The notes beneath the pieces were generated by a model that was not told where the DNA came from, searched no databases, and was given only the letters and a program-made list of their open reading frames with translations. Of a stretch of DNA of 64,000 nucleotides, positions 56,401-64,000 are shown piece after piece. The stretch is from IMG/VR virus record IMGVR_UViG_642555139_000003. The stretch is one strand, 5' to 3'. The position numbers and the translations under genes were made by a program. This stretch comes from a virus. Each line of letters begins with the position of its first letter. Positions within the stretch are counted from its first letter, which is position 1.

Positions 56401-56582
56401 TCTTCATGCGCACGCTCTCCGCCCGCGACGTCCTCGTCGCCCTGTCCCTCGGCGCGGCGCTCTACGCCGCTCTCCTCGCCGTCGATCCGCCCCGGCCCCG
56501 GTCCGTCACGTGCCCGGTACCGCCGTCCCGCATCTGGGACATGAAGTGGATCGTCGCCTCACTCCCGGAGGTGTCGCCATGA
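56397..56582 (+). CDS. Small TM protein
   Basis: Hydrophobic N-half; overlapping stop/start. Confidence 0.5.
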   Translation: MIFMRTLSARDVLVALSLGAALYAALLAVDPPRPRSVTCPVPPSRIWDMKWIVASLPEVSP

Positions 56583-56995
56583 AAACGCAGGATCAGCCTC
56601 TGCACCGATTCGACGGTACCATCGCCTGGAGCGGGCTACCGGTGGAGGCGCAGTTCGCGATCGGCGCCATCGCGCTGGAAATCGCGCAGGCCTGGAAGAT
56701 CCAGCACGCGGCGGTGACCGGCGGCGCAGTGCCGAAGGTGATCGAGCGCGCGGCCGATGCCGCGGACGCGCTCCTGATCGACCAGCTGATGGACGTCGTC
56801 GCCGGCTACCTGCCGGCGCAGGCGCAGCTCTCGCCGGACCGCAAGACGCTCCGCATCCCGTCGCTGCTCGGCGGCGTCTGCCGCCGCTGCGGCGGCTCCC
56901 AGAACGATGCGTGTCAGCCGCATAGCTGCGCGTGGGTCGCCGAGGATCTCTGCAGTGAGTGCGCGACGGCAGAGGAGTGGCCTCGCCATGGGTAA
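56579..56995 (+). CDS. Hypothetical protein with C-terminal Cys cluster
   Basis: CRRCGGSQNDAC...C.WV..DLCSEC. Confidence 0.65.
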   Translation: MKTQDQPLHRFDGTIAWSGLPVEAQFAIGAIALEIAQAWKIQHAAVTGGAVPKVIERAADAADALLIDQLMDVVAGYLPAQAQLSPDRKTLRIPSLLGGVCRRCGGSQNDACQPHSCAWVAEDLCSECATAEEWPRHG

Positions 56996-57254
56996 GACGC
57001 TTCCCATCCAGGTCGACGAGACTATCGACGAGCTGGCCGGCCTCAGCCTCACGGCGAAGATCCAGCGGCTCTGGCGCGATGGGTTTGGGAGCGCCGACAT
57101 CGCGGAGCAGGTCGGCCTGCCTGAAGCGGACGTCGAGCGGATCCGCATTGGTGAGCGCGACCGCGAGAACGGCGTGCGCTCGGTCATCCGCAAACGCCTG
57201 CCTCGGCTCCCGCTGCCCCTCATCCGCGTGATCGAGGATTCGATCGATGGCTGA
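56988..57254 (+). CDS. HTH protein
   Basis: LWRDGFGSADIAEQVGL. Confidence 0.6.
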   Translation: MGKTLPIQVDETIDELAGLSLTAKIQRLWRDGFGSADIAEQVGLPEADVERIRIGERDRENGVRSVIRKRLPRLPLPLIRVIEDSIDG

Positions 57255-57558
57255 GAGCAGCAAGTTTCACCGGACCACCGGCACCGACATCGTCTTCTCG
57301 TTCTGGCTCTCGTTCAGCCCGGACGGGGAGGTGAAGCTCACGAAGCAGGAGCCGTCCCTGTCGCCGCGGCAGCGCGCGATGCACGTCGAGACGCGCCTCC
57401 CGAAGTCGCTCTGGAACATCCCGACCCTGTCCGCCGAGATTGCGGTGCCGGATCCGGGCCAGCCCGACGCCATCACCGCACGCATCGAGCAGTTCGCCGA
57501 GCAGCTGAAGACGGCCGTCGGCTGCGACGTCGTGCTGACCGTGAAGCCGACGGAGTGA
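57247..57558 (+). CDS. Hypothetical protein
   Basis: Overlapping ORF. Confidence 0.65.
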   Translation: MAESSKFHRTTGTDIVFSFWLSFSPDGEVKLTKQEPSLSPRQRAMHVETRLPKSLWNIPTLSAEIAVPDPGQPDAITARIEQFAEQLKTAVGCDVVLTVKPTE

Positions 57559-57563
57559 GCGCC

Positions 57564-58571
57564 ATGGCCCAGAACAGCAAGATCGAGTGGACCGAGGCGA
57601 CCTGGAACCCGATCGTCGGGTGCACCATCGTCTCGCCCGGCTGCACCAACTGCTACGCGATGAAGATGGCGGCGCGCCTCGAGGCGATGGGGCAGTCGCG
57701 CTACGTCGGCCTGACGAAGCCGAGCAAGGCCGGCGCCGTCTGGACGGGCGAGATGCGCCTCGTCGACGAAGCGCTGACGATCCCGCTCCGTCGCAAGAAG
57801 CCGACGACGTGGTTCGTGAACTCCATGTCGGACCTCTTCCACGAGAGCGTACCGGACGAGTGGATCGACCGGGTGTTCGCCGTCATGGCGCTGAAGCCGC
57901 AGCATACTTTTCAGGTGCTGACGAAGCGGTCCGGTCGGATGCGGGCCTATCTCTCCGGGAGATGGCAGGTCCGGCTGATTCCGTGGCTCCAGAAATACGA
58001 TCCGGAGCACAAGCCAGGCAGAGGCGTCCTGCTTCAGACCGTGAACGGCTCGCTGCCAAACGTGTGGCTCGGCGTCTCGGCCGAGGATCAGCGCCGCGCC
58101 GACGAGCGCGTGCCGGACCTGCTCGCGACACCCGCGGTCGTCCGCTTCGTCAGCGCAGAGCCGCTGCTCGGGCCGATCTCCTTCTTCGACCTGCTGAGCG
58201 AGCCGGGCCGACGCATTGACGCTCTTCGCCCCGGCCTCGCGTGGCTCCAGACCGATGAGGGATGGCTCGGGGGAACCGACAGCCATCCGGCGCTCGACTG
58301 GATCATCACGGGAGGTGAGGGCGGCCCTAACGCTCGACCGGCGAACCCGCAGTGGTTTCGAGACATCCTCGGCCAGTGCGAGGCGGCCGGCACGGCATAC
58401 CTGCACAAGCAGAACGGCGAGTGGGTGTCGGTCAGCGAGGTCGAAGGGCCCGGCGAGATCTTCACCTTTCCCGACGGCCGGAGCGTCCGCCGTGTCGGGA
58501 AGCGGAAGGCGGGCCGGGCCCTCGATGGCGTCGTCTACGACGGGATGCCGGAGGTGCGGCATGTCGGCTGA
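57564..58571 (+). CDS. DUF5131 (gp37gp68) family protein
   Basis: SKIEWTEATWNP..GC...SPGCTNCYA, NSMSDLFH, LTKR and SAEPLLG motifs. Confidence 0.92.
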   Translation: MAQNSKIEWTEATWNPIVGCTIVSPGCTNCYAMKMAARLEAMGQSRYVGLTKPSKAGAVWTGEMRLVDEALTIPLRRKKPTTWFVNSMSDLFHESVPDEWIDRVFAVMALKPQHTFQVLTKRSGRMRAYLSGRWQVRLIPWLQKYDPEHKPGRGVLLQTVNGSLPNVWLGVSAEDQRRADERVPDLLATPAVVRFVSAEPLLGPISFFDLLSEPGRRIDALRPGLAWLQTDEGWLGGTDSHPALDWIITGGEGGPNARPANPQWFRDILGQCEAAGTAYLHKQNGEWVSVSEVEGPGEIFTFPDGRSVRRVGKRKAGRALDGVVYDGMPEVRHVG

Positions 58572-58797
58572 CCTCGCGAAAGCTTTGAAGAACGTCCGCA
58601 ACGCCCTGTCCGACGCAGAGCACGCCGTGATCGAGGCGGAGCTAGACCTCGAAGAGCCGAGCCTGGACCTTGAGGACGCGATCTTGTCCGGGCGCGACGA
58701 GGAGATCGAGCGCCTCCGCCGGGAAAACCTTGAGCTGCGGGCGATCATCCGCCGTCAGCACCAAGCCAGTCAGCGCAAACCGGGGAGAGCGTCGTGA
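58561..58797 (+). CDS. Coiled-coil hypothetical protein
   Basis: Overlapping ORF. Confidence 0.55.
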   Translation: MSADLAKALKNVRNALSDAEHAVIEAELDLEEPSLDLEDAILSGRDEEIERLRRENLELRAIIRRQHQASQRKPGRAS

Positions 58798-59099
58798 GCC
58801 GCGAATTTCGATGGGTCGGCGGGCAGTATTTTCATGGCGCCTTGGAAGAGGCGTCAGCCCCGGGGCCGACCCGGCATCCAATCTCCGAGGCCCTGAGCAC
58901 AATCTATGGCGCGCTCGCGCCGCTCGAACGGGCCTGCGCCTCTTACGAGGCCTACGACGCATCGGCTGCCCGAACGACGATGGCGCTCCAGGAGGCGTGG
59001 CCCACGATTGAGGCGGCGTTCGGCGCGCTCTCCGGCATTCAGCGTCAAGATCGCGAGCTGATCGCTGAGTTGCTGGAGCGTCAGGGAGAACGGCCATGA
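58794..59099 (+). CDS. Hypothetical protein
   Basis: GTGA overlap. Confidence 0.55.
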   Translation: MSREFRWVGGQYFHGALEEASAPGPTRHPISEALSTIYGALAPLERACASYEAYDASAARTTMALQEAWPTIEAAFGALSGIQRQDRELIAELLERQGERP

Positions 59100-59341
59100 A
59101 TCGCCGACGCCCGAAGCGCATAAGCAGCGAGCAGATGAGCCTGCAGTGCGAGGCGTTTAACGCCGCGCATCCGGTCGGCAGCACGATTCGCGTGTGGCCG
59201 GGCGAACGGCGGGGTGACCCGGTCGAGGTAGAGGTCCGCTACCCCGCGCAGGTGCTCAGCGGCCACACTCCCGTCGTCTACGTCACGGGCGGCCACGGCT
59301 GCATCGCCCTGACCCACGTCGAGGGGCAGGCGCACCGATGA
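59096..59341 (+). CDS. Hypothetical protein
   Basis: ATGA overlap; FNAAHPVGS motif common in phage small proteins. Confidence 0.6.
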   Translation: MNRRRPKRISSEQMSLQCEAFNAAHPVGSTIRVWPGERRGDPVEVEVRYPAQVLSGHTPVVYVTGGHGCIALTHVEGQAHR

Positions 59342-59526
59342 TCTCGCCCTCCGGCCAACGCTGCGCCTGCGCCTGCCGCAACGCCTTCGACTGCTGGCGC
59401 CGCCGCTACCCCCGTCCGTCCGACGATGACGACGACTTCGGCTCGATCCGGATGGAGGGCGGCCCCTGTGAGTGCGGCTGCCACGAAGAATTTCGATGCG
59501 AGGATCCGGAGGAGGATTGGCTGTGA
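59338..59526 (+). CDS. Small Cys-rich protein
   Basis: CACAC...CECGC; ATGA overlap. Confidence 0.55.
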   Translation: MISPSGQRCACACRNAFDCWRRRYPRPSDDDDDFGSIRMEGGPCECGCHEEFRCEDPEEDWL

Positions 59527-59747
59527 GACTGCTGCTTTCGTTCATCACCTACCTCGGCGTCGGCGCCTTCTGCCATGCGCTGATGGTGGGCTCAGAGTTT
59601 CAGCCGACGAACGTCCTCTCGTGGGCATGGCTCATCGGCTGGCCGGTCGCCGTCGTCATCGCCCAGCTCGCCGTCTTCTTCGCCGTGGTCGCGGTGGTCA
59701 TGCTGGCGGTGCTCTGCATCGCCGCGATCGAGGCCGCCCGGTCATGA
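59523..59747 (+). CDS. Small membrane protein
   Basis: Two hydrophobic segments; GTGA overlap. Confidence 0.55.
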   Translation: MRLLLSFITYLGVGAFCHALMVGSEFQPTNVLSWAWLIGWPVAVVIAQLAVFFAVVAVVMLAVLCIAAIEAARS

Positions 59748-59950
59748 CGAAGTCAAACCTCGTCGACGTGGAGGTCTACCTCCACCACGAGACCGCCCGC
59801 GCAGTTCTCGTGTCCACCGCCGGCAATCGCGTCAACGCGGTGTGGCTGCCGAAGAGCGCCATCGAGGTGGAGCAGCACCCGAGCGGCAACAAGCACTTCC
59901 GGACGATCACGGTGCCGGAACCCCTCGCAATCGAGAAGAGGCTCGTCTGA
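59744..59950 (+). CDS. Hypothetical phage protein (68 aa)
   Basis: HETARAVLVS...VWLPKSAIE motif. Confidence 0.65.
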   Translation: MTKSNLVDVEVYLHHETARAVLVSTAGNRVNAVWLPKSAIEVEQHPSGNKHFRTITVPEPLAIEKRLV

Positions 59951-60222
59951 TGAGCGCATCGACCAAGTGCCCACACAGCGACCTGCACTTCCACCTCAAC
60001 ATCGCCAACCTCGTCGACGCGAACGTGAAGGCGGTCGATCTCACCTGCTCCTGCAAGATCTGCGGCACGCCGATGCGATTCCTCGGGATGCCGCACGGCG
60101 TGAGCATGGCTCAGCCGACGATGTCGGTCGACGGCTTGGAAGCCCGCTTCCCCCTCGTAGCGCGAAACGAAGAGCCCAGCACAGCAATCAGCGCCATCAT
60201 CAACATGCGGACGGGAGGCTGA
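59950..60222 (+). CDS. Hypothetical protein (CPH...CKICG)
   Basis: TGATG overlap. Confidence 0.6.
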   Translation: MSASTKCPHSDLHFHLNIANLVDANVKAVDLTCSCKICGTPMRFLGMPHGVSMAQPTMSVDGLEARFPLVARNEEPSTAISAIINMRTGG

Positions 60223-60224
60223 CC

Positions 60225-60455
60225 GTGAAGAACATCCCTCTTGCCGACTGCACGCGTCGCATGGGCGCCCCGGCAGATTGGAACCACGCAGAGCAGGGCA
60301 TCTGCCACACGATCGAGATTTGCGATCGGGACGGCTGGATGATGAGCGGCTGGCAGCTCTCCGAGGCCGAGATCGAGCGTCTGCGGAACGGCGGGTACCT
60401 CTGGCTCAGCATCCAGGGCACCGCTCATCCCGTCATCAGCCTGCAGGTGGCGTGA
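60225..60455 (+). CDS. Hypothetical protein
   Basis: GGAGG SD; WQLSEAEIERL...HPVISL motif. Confidence 0.6.
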   Translation: MKNIPLADCTRRMGAPADWNHAEQGICHTIEICDRDGWMMSGWQLSEAEIERLRNGGYLWLSIQGTAHPVISLQVA

Positions 60456-60898
60456 TGGTCGCCTACAGCTTCAAGGCCCGGTTCGCCGCGCCGATCGTCG
60501 ACCGCATCAAGCCGCACACCCTGCGCAATCGCCGCAAGCGGCACGCTCGGCCGGGGGAGACGCTGCAGCTCTACACCGGGATGCGGACCCGCCATTGTCG
60601 GCTGATCGGCACCGCTACCTGCGATCGCCTGCAGGCCATCTCGATCGACTTCACCTCGAGCGAGCCAATCTGGCTCTGTGAGGTGAGGCATCCCGAGCCG
60701 TCCGTCTTTCACGAGTTCGGCGTTTCCGTTCCAGTCACGGCCCCTGAGGCCTTCGCCATCAGCGACGGCTTCGAGAGCCTGGAGGACATGGCGCGGTTCT
60801 GGCGCGACGAGCACGACGTCAGCGAGTGGGACGGCATCCTGATCGGCTGGGACGTCACCACGCTGGTTCTGCCGGAGCCACGTGAGGTCGCCGCATGA
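60455..60898 (+). CDS. ASCH/PUA-like domain protein
   Basis: YSFKARF...KPHTLR...PGETLQLYTGMRT...GFES motifs. Confidence 0.75.
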   Translation: MVAYSFKARFAAPIVDRIKPHTLRNRRKRHARPGETLQLYTGMRTRHCRLIGTATCDRLQAISIDFTSSEPIWLCEVRHPEPSVFHEFGVSVPVTAPEAFAISDGFESLEDMARFWRDEHDVSEWDGILIGWDVTTLVLPEPREVAA

Positions 60899-61119
60899 GC
60901 ACCCTCGCGACGCTGACCGCCCTCTCTTGGAGCGGCGAGCTGCCGGCGATCGGCCACTTCATCAAGGCCGATCGCGGGCGCACCGCCTTCATGATCGTGC
61001 AGGTGATCGAACCCAAACGCCCCTGCGGATACGTCGCGCGCTTTCGCTGCGAGCGGCACAGCCCGGCCAGCCTGCCGGCCGACGCCATCGTCCATCCCTG
61101 GCGCTGGTCAAAGCGGTGA
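60895..61119 (+). CDS. Hypothetical protein
   Basis: ATGA overlap. Confidence 0.55.
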   Translation: MSTLATLTALSWSGELPAIGHFIKADRGRTAFMIVQVIEPKRPCGYVARFRCERHSPASLPADAIVHPWRWSKR

Positions 61120-61125
61120 CCCGCG

Positions 61126-61362
61126 ATGCCGGGCCCGCCTGACCCGTACCTGATCGGGAACGGCGAGTGGTGTTCCACCTGCTTTCCCGACGGCCGACCA
61201 GACACGAGCGACCTAAACGGCTCGACCTACTGGAATCGCTCTATCCGCCGTGGCTGCAACGAATGCGCAGGCCGCGGGCGGATTGCCTTCACCGCCGAGG
61301 AGATCGTCCGTCGGACGGTCGAACGGAACCACGCACTCCGCCAACAGGCGAGCAATAGTTAG
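61126..61362 (+). CDS. Small Zn-finger-like protein
   Basis: CSTC...CNECAGRG. Confidence 0.5.
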   Translation: MPGPPDPYLIGNGEWCSTCFPDGRPDTSDLNGSTYWNRSIRRGCNECAGRGRIAFTAEEIVRRTVERNHALRQQASNS

Positions 61363-61371
61363 GAGGCCGAA

Positions 61372-61608
61372 TTGTCTTGCGCTGTTTTGTGCGTTCATCG
61401 CGTCATTCGCGCCTGTGAGTTGCGCGGGCTCGACTGCATGGATGAATTTGACAAGAAGGGTAAAGACTGGCCGGACGCCGAGGATCACTGGTATCATCGA
61501 GTGCAGTGGCTCGAAGAACTTGCCAAGGCAGCTAAGCAATGCGGTCAGATGACCGTGACGGTTTCGCTCGAAGACTTTCGGCTCATCCACCGCCGATGGA
61601 CGCCCTGA
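61372..61608 (+). CDS. Hypothetical protein (lower GC)
   Basis: AGGAGG SD, TTG start. Confidence 0.5.
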   Translation: MSCAVLCVHRVIRACELRGLDCMDEFDKKGKDWPDAEDHWYHRVQWLEELAKAAKQCGQMTVTVSLEDFRLIHRRWTP

Positions 61609-61718
61609 AACGCCGTTGAGGCGTGCGCCAGCTCCTATCCCCCCATCCGATATCGCAGCTGTCTGACGCCCCTGACCGCTGCTCGCGCCTTTATCGCCCC
61701 CATAGGAGAACCGACGTC

Positions 61719-62069
61719 ATGACGACTGCCGTGAAGCACCAGGAGCAGGATCTGCCACCAGGCTGCGCGCCGCCCGGCGCCCTGCAGGCCTACACCGACG
61801 CATACAAGGCCCGGTACAAGCCGTGCCAGCATCTCGATGCGCACCTTGCCGGTCTCCGCGCCGTGGTGCTGCTCGACCGCGAGCAGCAGGCCGAACGCCT
61901 CGCCAAGGATCCTCAGCGGGCGGAACTGGCCGGGCGCCTGATCGCCTGGGGCGAGAACGACCCGGACCCGGACTATTTCTTCGGCGAGTCCAATGACGTC
62001 TTCACCGCGATGCAGGCCGACTGCCGCGACGCGGCGCAGTGCATCCTCGGCGTGGAGGGCAGCCGATGA
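61719..62069 (+). CDS. Hypothetical protein
   Basis: AGGAG SD. Confidence 0.6.
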   Translation: MTTAVKHQEQDLPPGCAPPGALQAYTDAYKARYKPCQHLDAHLAGLRAVVLLDREQQAERLAKDPQRAELAGRLIAWGENDPDPDYFFGESNDVFTAMQADCRDAAQCILGVEGSR

Positions 62070-62827
62070 CCGGGCGGGAGGCGTTTCAGCCGCAGGCTGT
62101 CTGCGACGCGAACGGGCGTCGCTGGCGCGTCGAGGGGAACGGCTGGAGCATGCAGCCCGAGGGGGTGCTTACGGCCGACCAAGCCGAAGCGATCTGCAGG
62201 GCTACCGCGTTGGCCTTGGCCGCGCCCGATGGCGTCCGCACGAAATCGCCGGAGATCGGGAAGCTCGCGCATCACGCGGGCGGCCTCGAACTCGCGGCCA
62301 TGGTCCTGAAGAAGCTCGATAAGCCGGGAAGCGCGCAGTCCTGCGAGAAAGCCGCCGCCTACTTCCGCTCGATGATCGAGGCCATCTACGCGGCAATCCC
62401 TGCTGGCTACCGGCTGATCCCGGCCGAGATGCCGCCGACCGTCATCGAGCGGATGGCGAGCAACCTGTCCGATGAGTTCGGCCCCGACTTCGTGGCGGCC
62501 AACAAGGCGTTCGCGCTCGCCGTCTATGCCGAGGCTTTCGCGTCCGGCATTCGCCCGGTAGCCCCGGAGGCGCAGGGGGCGCCCATCGTGTGCGATGTGC
62601 TCACCATGCGACTCAGCGATGGTCGGGCCGACTACTTCACCCGAATCCGGTGCGGCGACCGGGACATGACCATCTTCAAGTTCGGTGAGCGCTACAAGGC
62701 TCAGTACAGCGCCGACGAGTTCGCGTGGCTGCTCGGTCTGCGGCCGGATAAGCCGAACCTGATGGCCTACGACGAGGAAAGTCATCCGGACGAGCCCGCG
62801 TCTACGTCCTCGGTTCAGGAGGCGTGA
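62066..62827 (+). CDS. Hypothetical protein
   Basis: ATGA overlap. Confidence 0.6.
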   Translation: MTGREAFQPQAVCDANGRRWRVEGNGWSMQPEGVLTADQAEAICRATALALAAPDGVRTKSPEIGKLAHHAGGLELAAMVLKKLDKPGSAQSCEKAAAYFRSMIEAIYAAIPAGYRLIPAEMPPTVIERMASNLSDEFGPDFVAANKAFALAVYAEAFASGIRPVAPEAQGAPIVCDVLTMRLSDGRADYFTRIRCGDRDMTIFKFGERYKAQYSADEFAWLLGLRPDKPNLMAYDEESHPDEPASTSSVQEA

Positions 62828-63090
62828 TGGCTGGCGAGCGAGCAAGGCCGGCGGCGAGCAGGGGGCTCGAACCCTCCTGCCTCTACCCCGATGAGGATGA
62901 GATCGCGCGTCTCGTCTGTCCGAAGAAGCGCGTCGCCGAGTGGCGCGGTCTCGCTGCGGTGCTGGAGCGGCAGGGCTTTCCTCCCGTCGATCCGGAGTTC
63001 GGCGGCCGGTACTGGCCAGCGGTGAAGGCCTTCCTGGACGCCCGAAACGGCGTGGCCGACCATGGCTTCGATCGGCGATCGAGTCGGTAA
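62824..63090 (+). CDS. Excisionase-like/winged-helix protein
   Basis: FPPVDPEFGGRYWPAVKAFLD; immediately upstream of the integrase. Confidence 0.65.
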   Translation: MMAGERARPAASRGLEPSCLYPDEDEIARLVCPKKRVAEWRGLAAVLERQGFPPVDPEFGGRYWPAVKAFLDARNGVADHGFDRRSSR

Positions 63091-63102
63091 CCGGGGCGCA
63101 TC

Positions 63103-64000
63103 ATGGCACGTGACGAACTCCACCCGACGCCGGGTCTGAAGCGCATGAAGCGGCACAACGGCCGCGTTGATCTCTATTGGGTAGCGGACCCGGCCGCGGT
63201 CAAAGCTGGCTTCACCCCGAAGACCACTCGCCTGCCGTCCGATTGGTCGATCGAGCAGGTCTCCGCCCGCTGCCTGATTCTGCAGGCGGAGATGCGCCGA
63301 TTCGCCGTCAGCGCCGAGCCGGAGCGCAACGCGAGCCGGCCCAACACGCTGGGCTGGCTCTGCCGGGCGTTCGAGACCGACAAGGATTCTCCCTTCCACG
63401 AGAAGCGGCGCGACACCCGGCTCTTCTACAGCCGGTACCTGAAGATGCTGGTCGAGAAGGCCGGCGAGGATCACCTGCGCGACATCACCGGTCGGGACGT
63501 CCGCCGCTGGTACGCCGAGTTCACCCGGGCGCACGGCGAGCGTAGCGCCTACGCCTGTGTCCAGACGCTCCGCCGGGCGGTGGCCTATGGCTGCGAGCTG
63601 CGGAATCCGCTCGCCTACGACATGGCGCAGATGCTGGAGCGCATGGCGTTCACGGCGCCGAAGGCCCGGAAGGTGCGGCCGACCTACGAGCAGGTGCAGG
63701 CGCTGCGGGCCGCGGCGCACGAGGCGGGCCGCCCGAGCATCGCGCTTGCCGTCGTGCTGCAGTTCGAGCTCGGTCTCCGCCAGAAGGACGTGATCGGCGA
63801 GTGGGAGAAGGTCACCGCCGAGGACCGTGAGACGATCGAGGGCGCGATCACGAGCGGGAACAGCGTATGGAGCTGGGGCCTGATGTGGAACCACATCGAC
63901 CCGCGGTTCATCCTGCGCAAGCCGACCTCGAAGTCGAACGGGACCGAGGTCGCCGAGCACGATCTGCGGCTCCTACCCGACGTGCTCCAGGAGCTGGGCA
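63103..64000 (+). CDS. int: Tyrosine recombinase/integrase (5' part, runs off the window)
   Basis: My translation: MARDELHPTPGLKR...LYW..., core-binding region, LQFELGLRQKDV (catalytic Arg motif), TSKS. No stop before 64000. Confidence 0.85.
   Translation, partial: MARDELHPTPGLKRMKRHNGRVDLYWVADPAAVKAGFTPKTTRLPSDWSIEQVSARCLILQAEMRRFAVSAEPERNASRPNTLGWLCRAFETDKDSPFHEKRRDTRLFYSRYLKMLVEKAGEDHLRDITGRDVRRWYAEFTRAHGERSAYACVQTLRRAVAYGCELRNPLAYDMAQMLERMAFTAPKARKVRPTYEQVQALRAAAHEAGRPSIALAVVLQFELGLRQKDVIGEWEKVTAEDRETIEGAITSGNSVWSWGLMWNHIDPRFILRKPTSKSNGTEVAEHDLRLLPDVLQELG

Larger units (their letters stand above)
1..64000. mobile_element. Prophage (HK97-like siphovirus), partial; extends beyond both window edges
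   Basis: Continuous terminase-portal-protease-capsid-neck-tail module, replication genes, and an excisionase-like plus integrase pair at the right edge. No host housekeeping genes in the window. Confidence 0.95.

Noticed and set aside
63091-64000. att site or tRNA target near the integrase
   Set aside because: The integrase is incomplete at the window edge and no tRNA or att core repeat is visible.

Overview
The whole window is the interior of a high-GC, HK97-type siphovirus prophage. The host is probably a Hyphomicrobiales alphaproteobacterium such as Methylobacterium; this is inferred from the GcrA-like, GapR-like and Rhizobiales-type DnaG genes. It has four blocks. (1) A minus-strand late operon (45-27377) runs from HNH, terminase, portal, protease and capsid to neck, tail, tape measure, tail tip and tail fibre. 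An IS5/IS427-group element splits the tail-tip (J-like) gene, and the fibre ends in a purple-acid-phosphatase-like domain. (2) A plus-strand early/accessory operon (27920-36309) holds small genes, a DUF3150-like/MoxR/vWA module, a beta-clamp-like protein and an Aca2/DUF1870-like HTH. Six of its genes are preceded by the same GC-ATYG-GC hairpin 33-38 nt before the start codon. (3) A minus-strand replication/regulation block (37059-45885) has DnaG, DnaB, an MT-A70 methylase, GcrA-like, RuvC-like, PAPS-reductase-like, GapR/Rmf-like and Cro-like genes. (4) A plus-strand early operon (46676-64000) has an exonuclease and putative annealing protein, DEDD exonuclease, C5 methylase, DUF5131, ASCH, many small genes, an excisionase-like gene and an integrase that runs off the right edge. 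I found no att sites, lysis cassette, CI-type repressor, tRNA or CRISPR array. Family assignments come from motif recognition by eye, not from database searches. The best new-system candidate is the repeated 5'-UTR hairpin array and its possible readers (the Aca2-like HTH or an Arg-rich peptide). The second is the fibre-phosphoesterase fusion.
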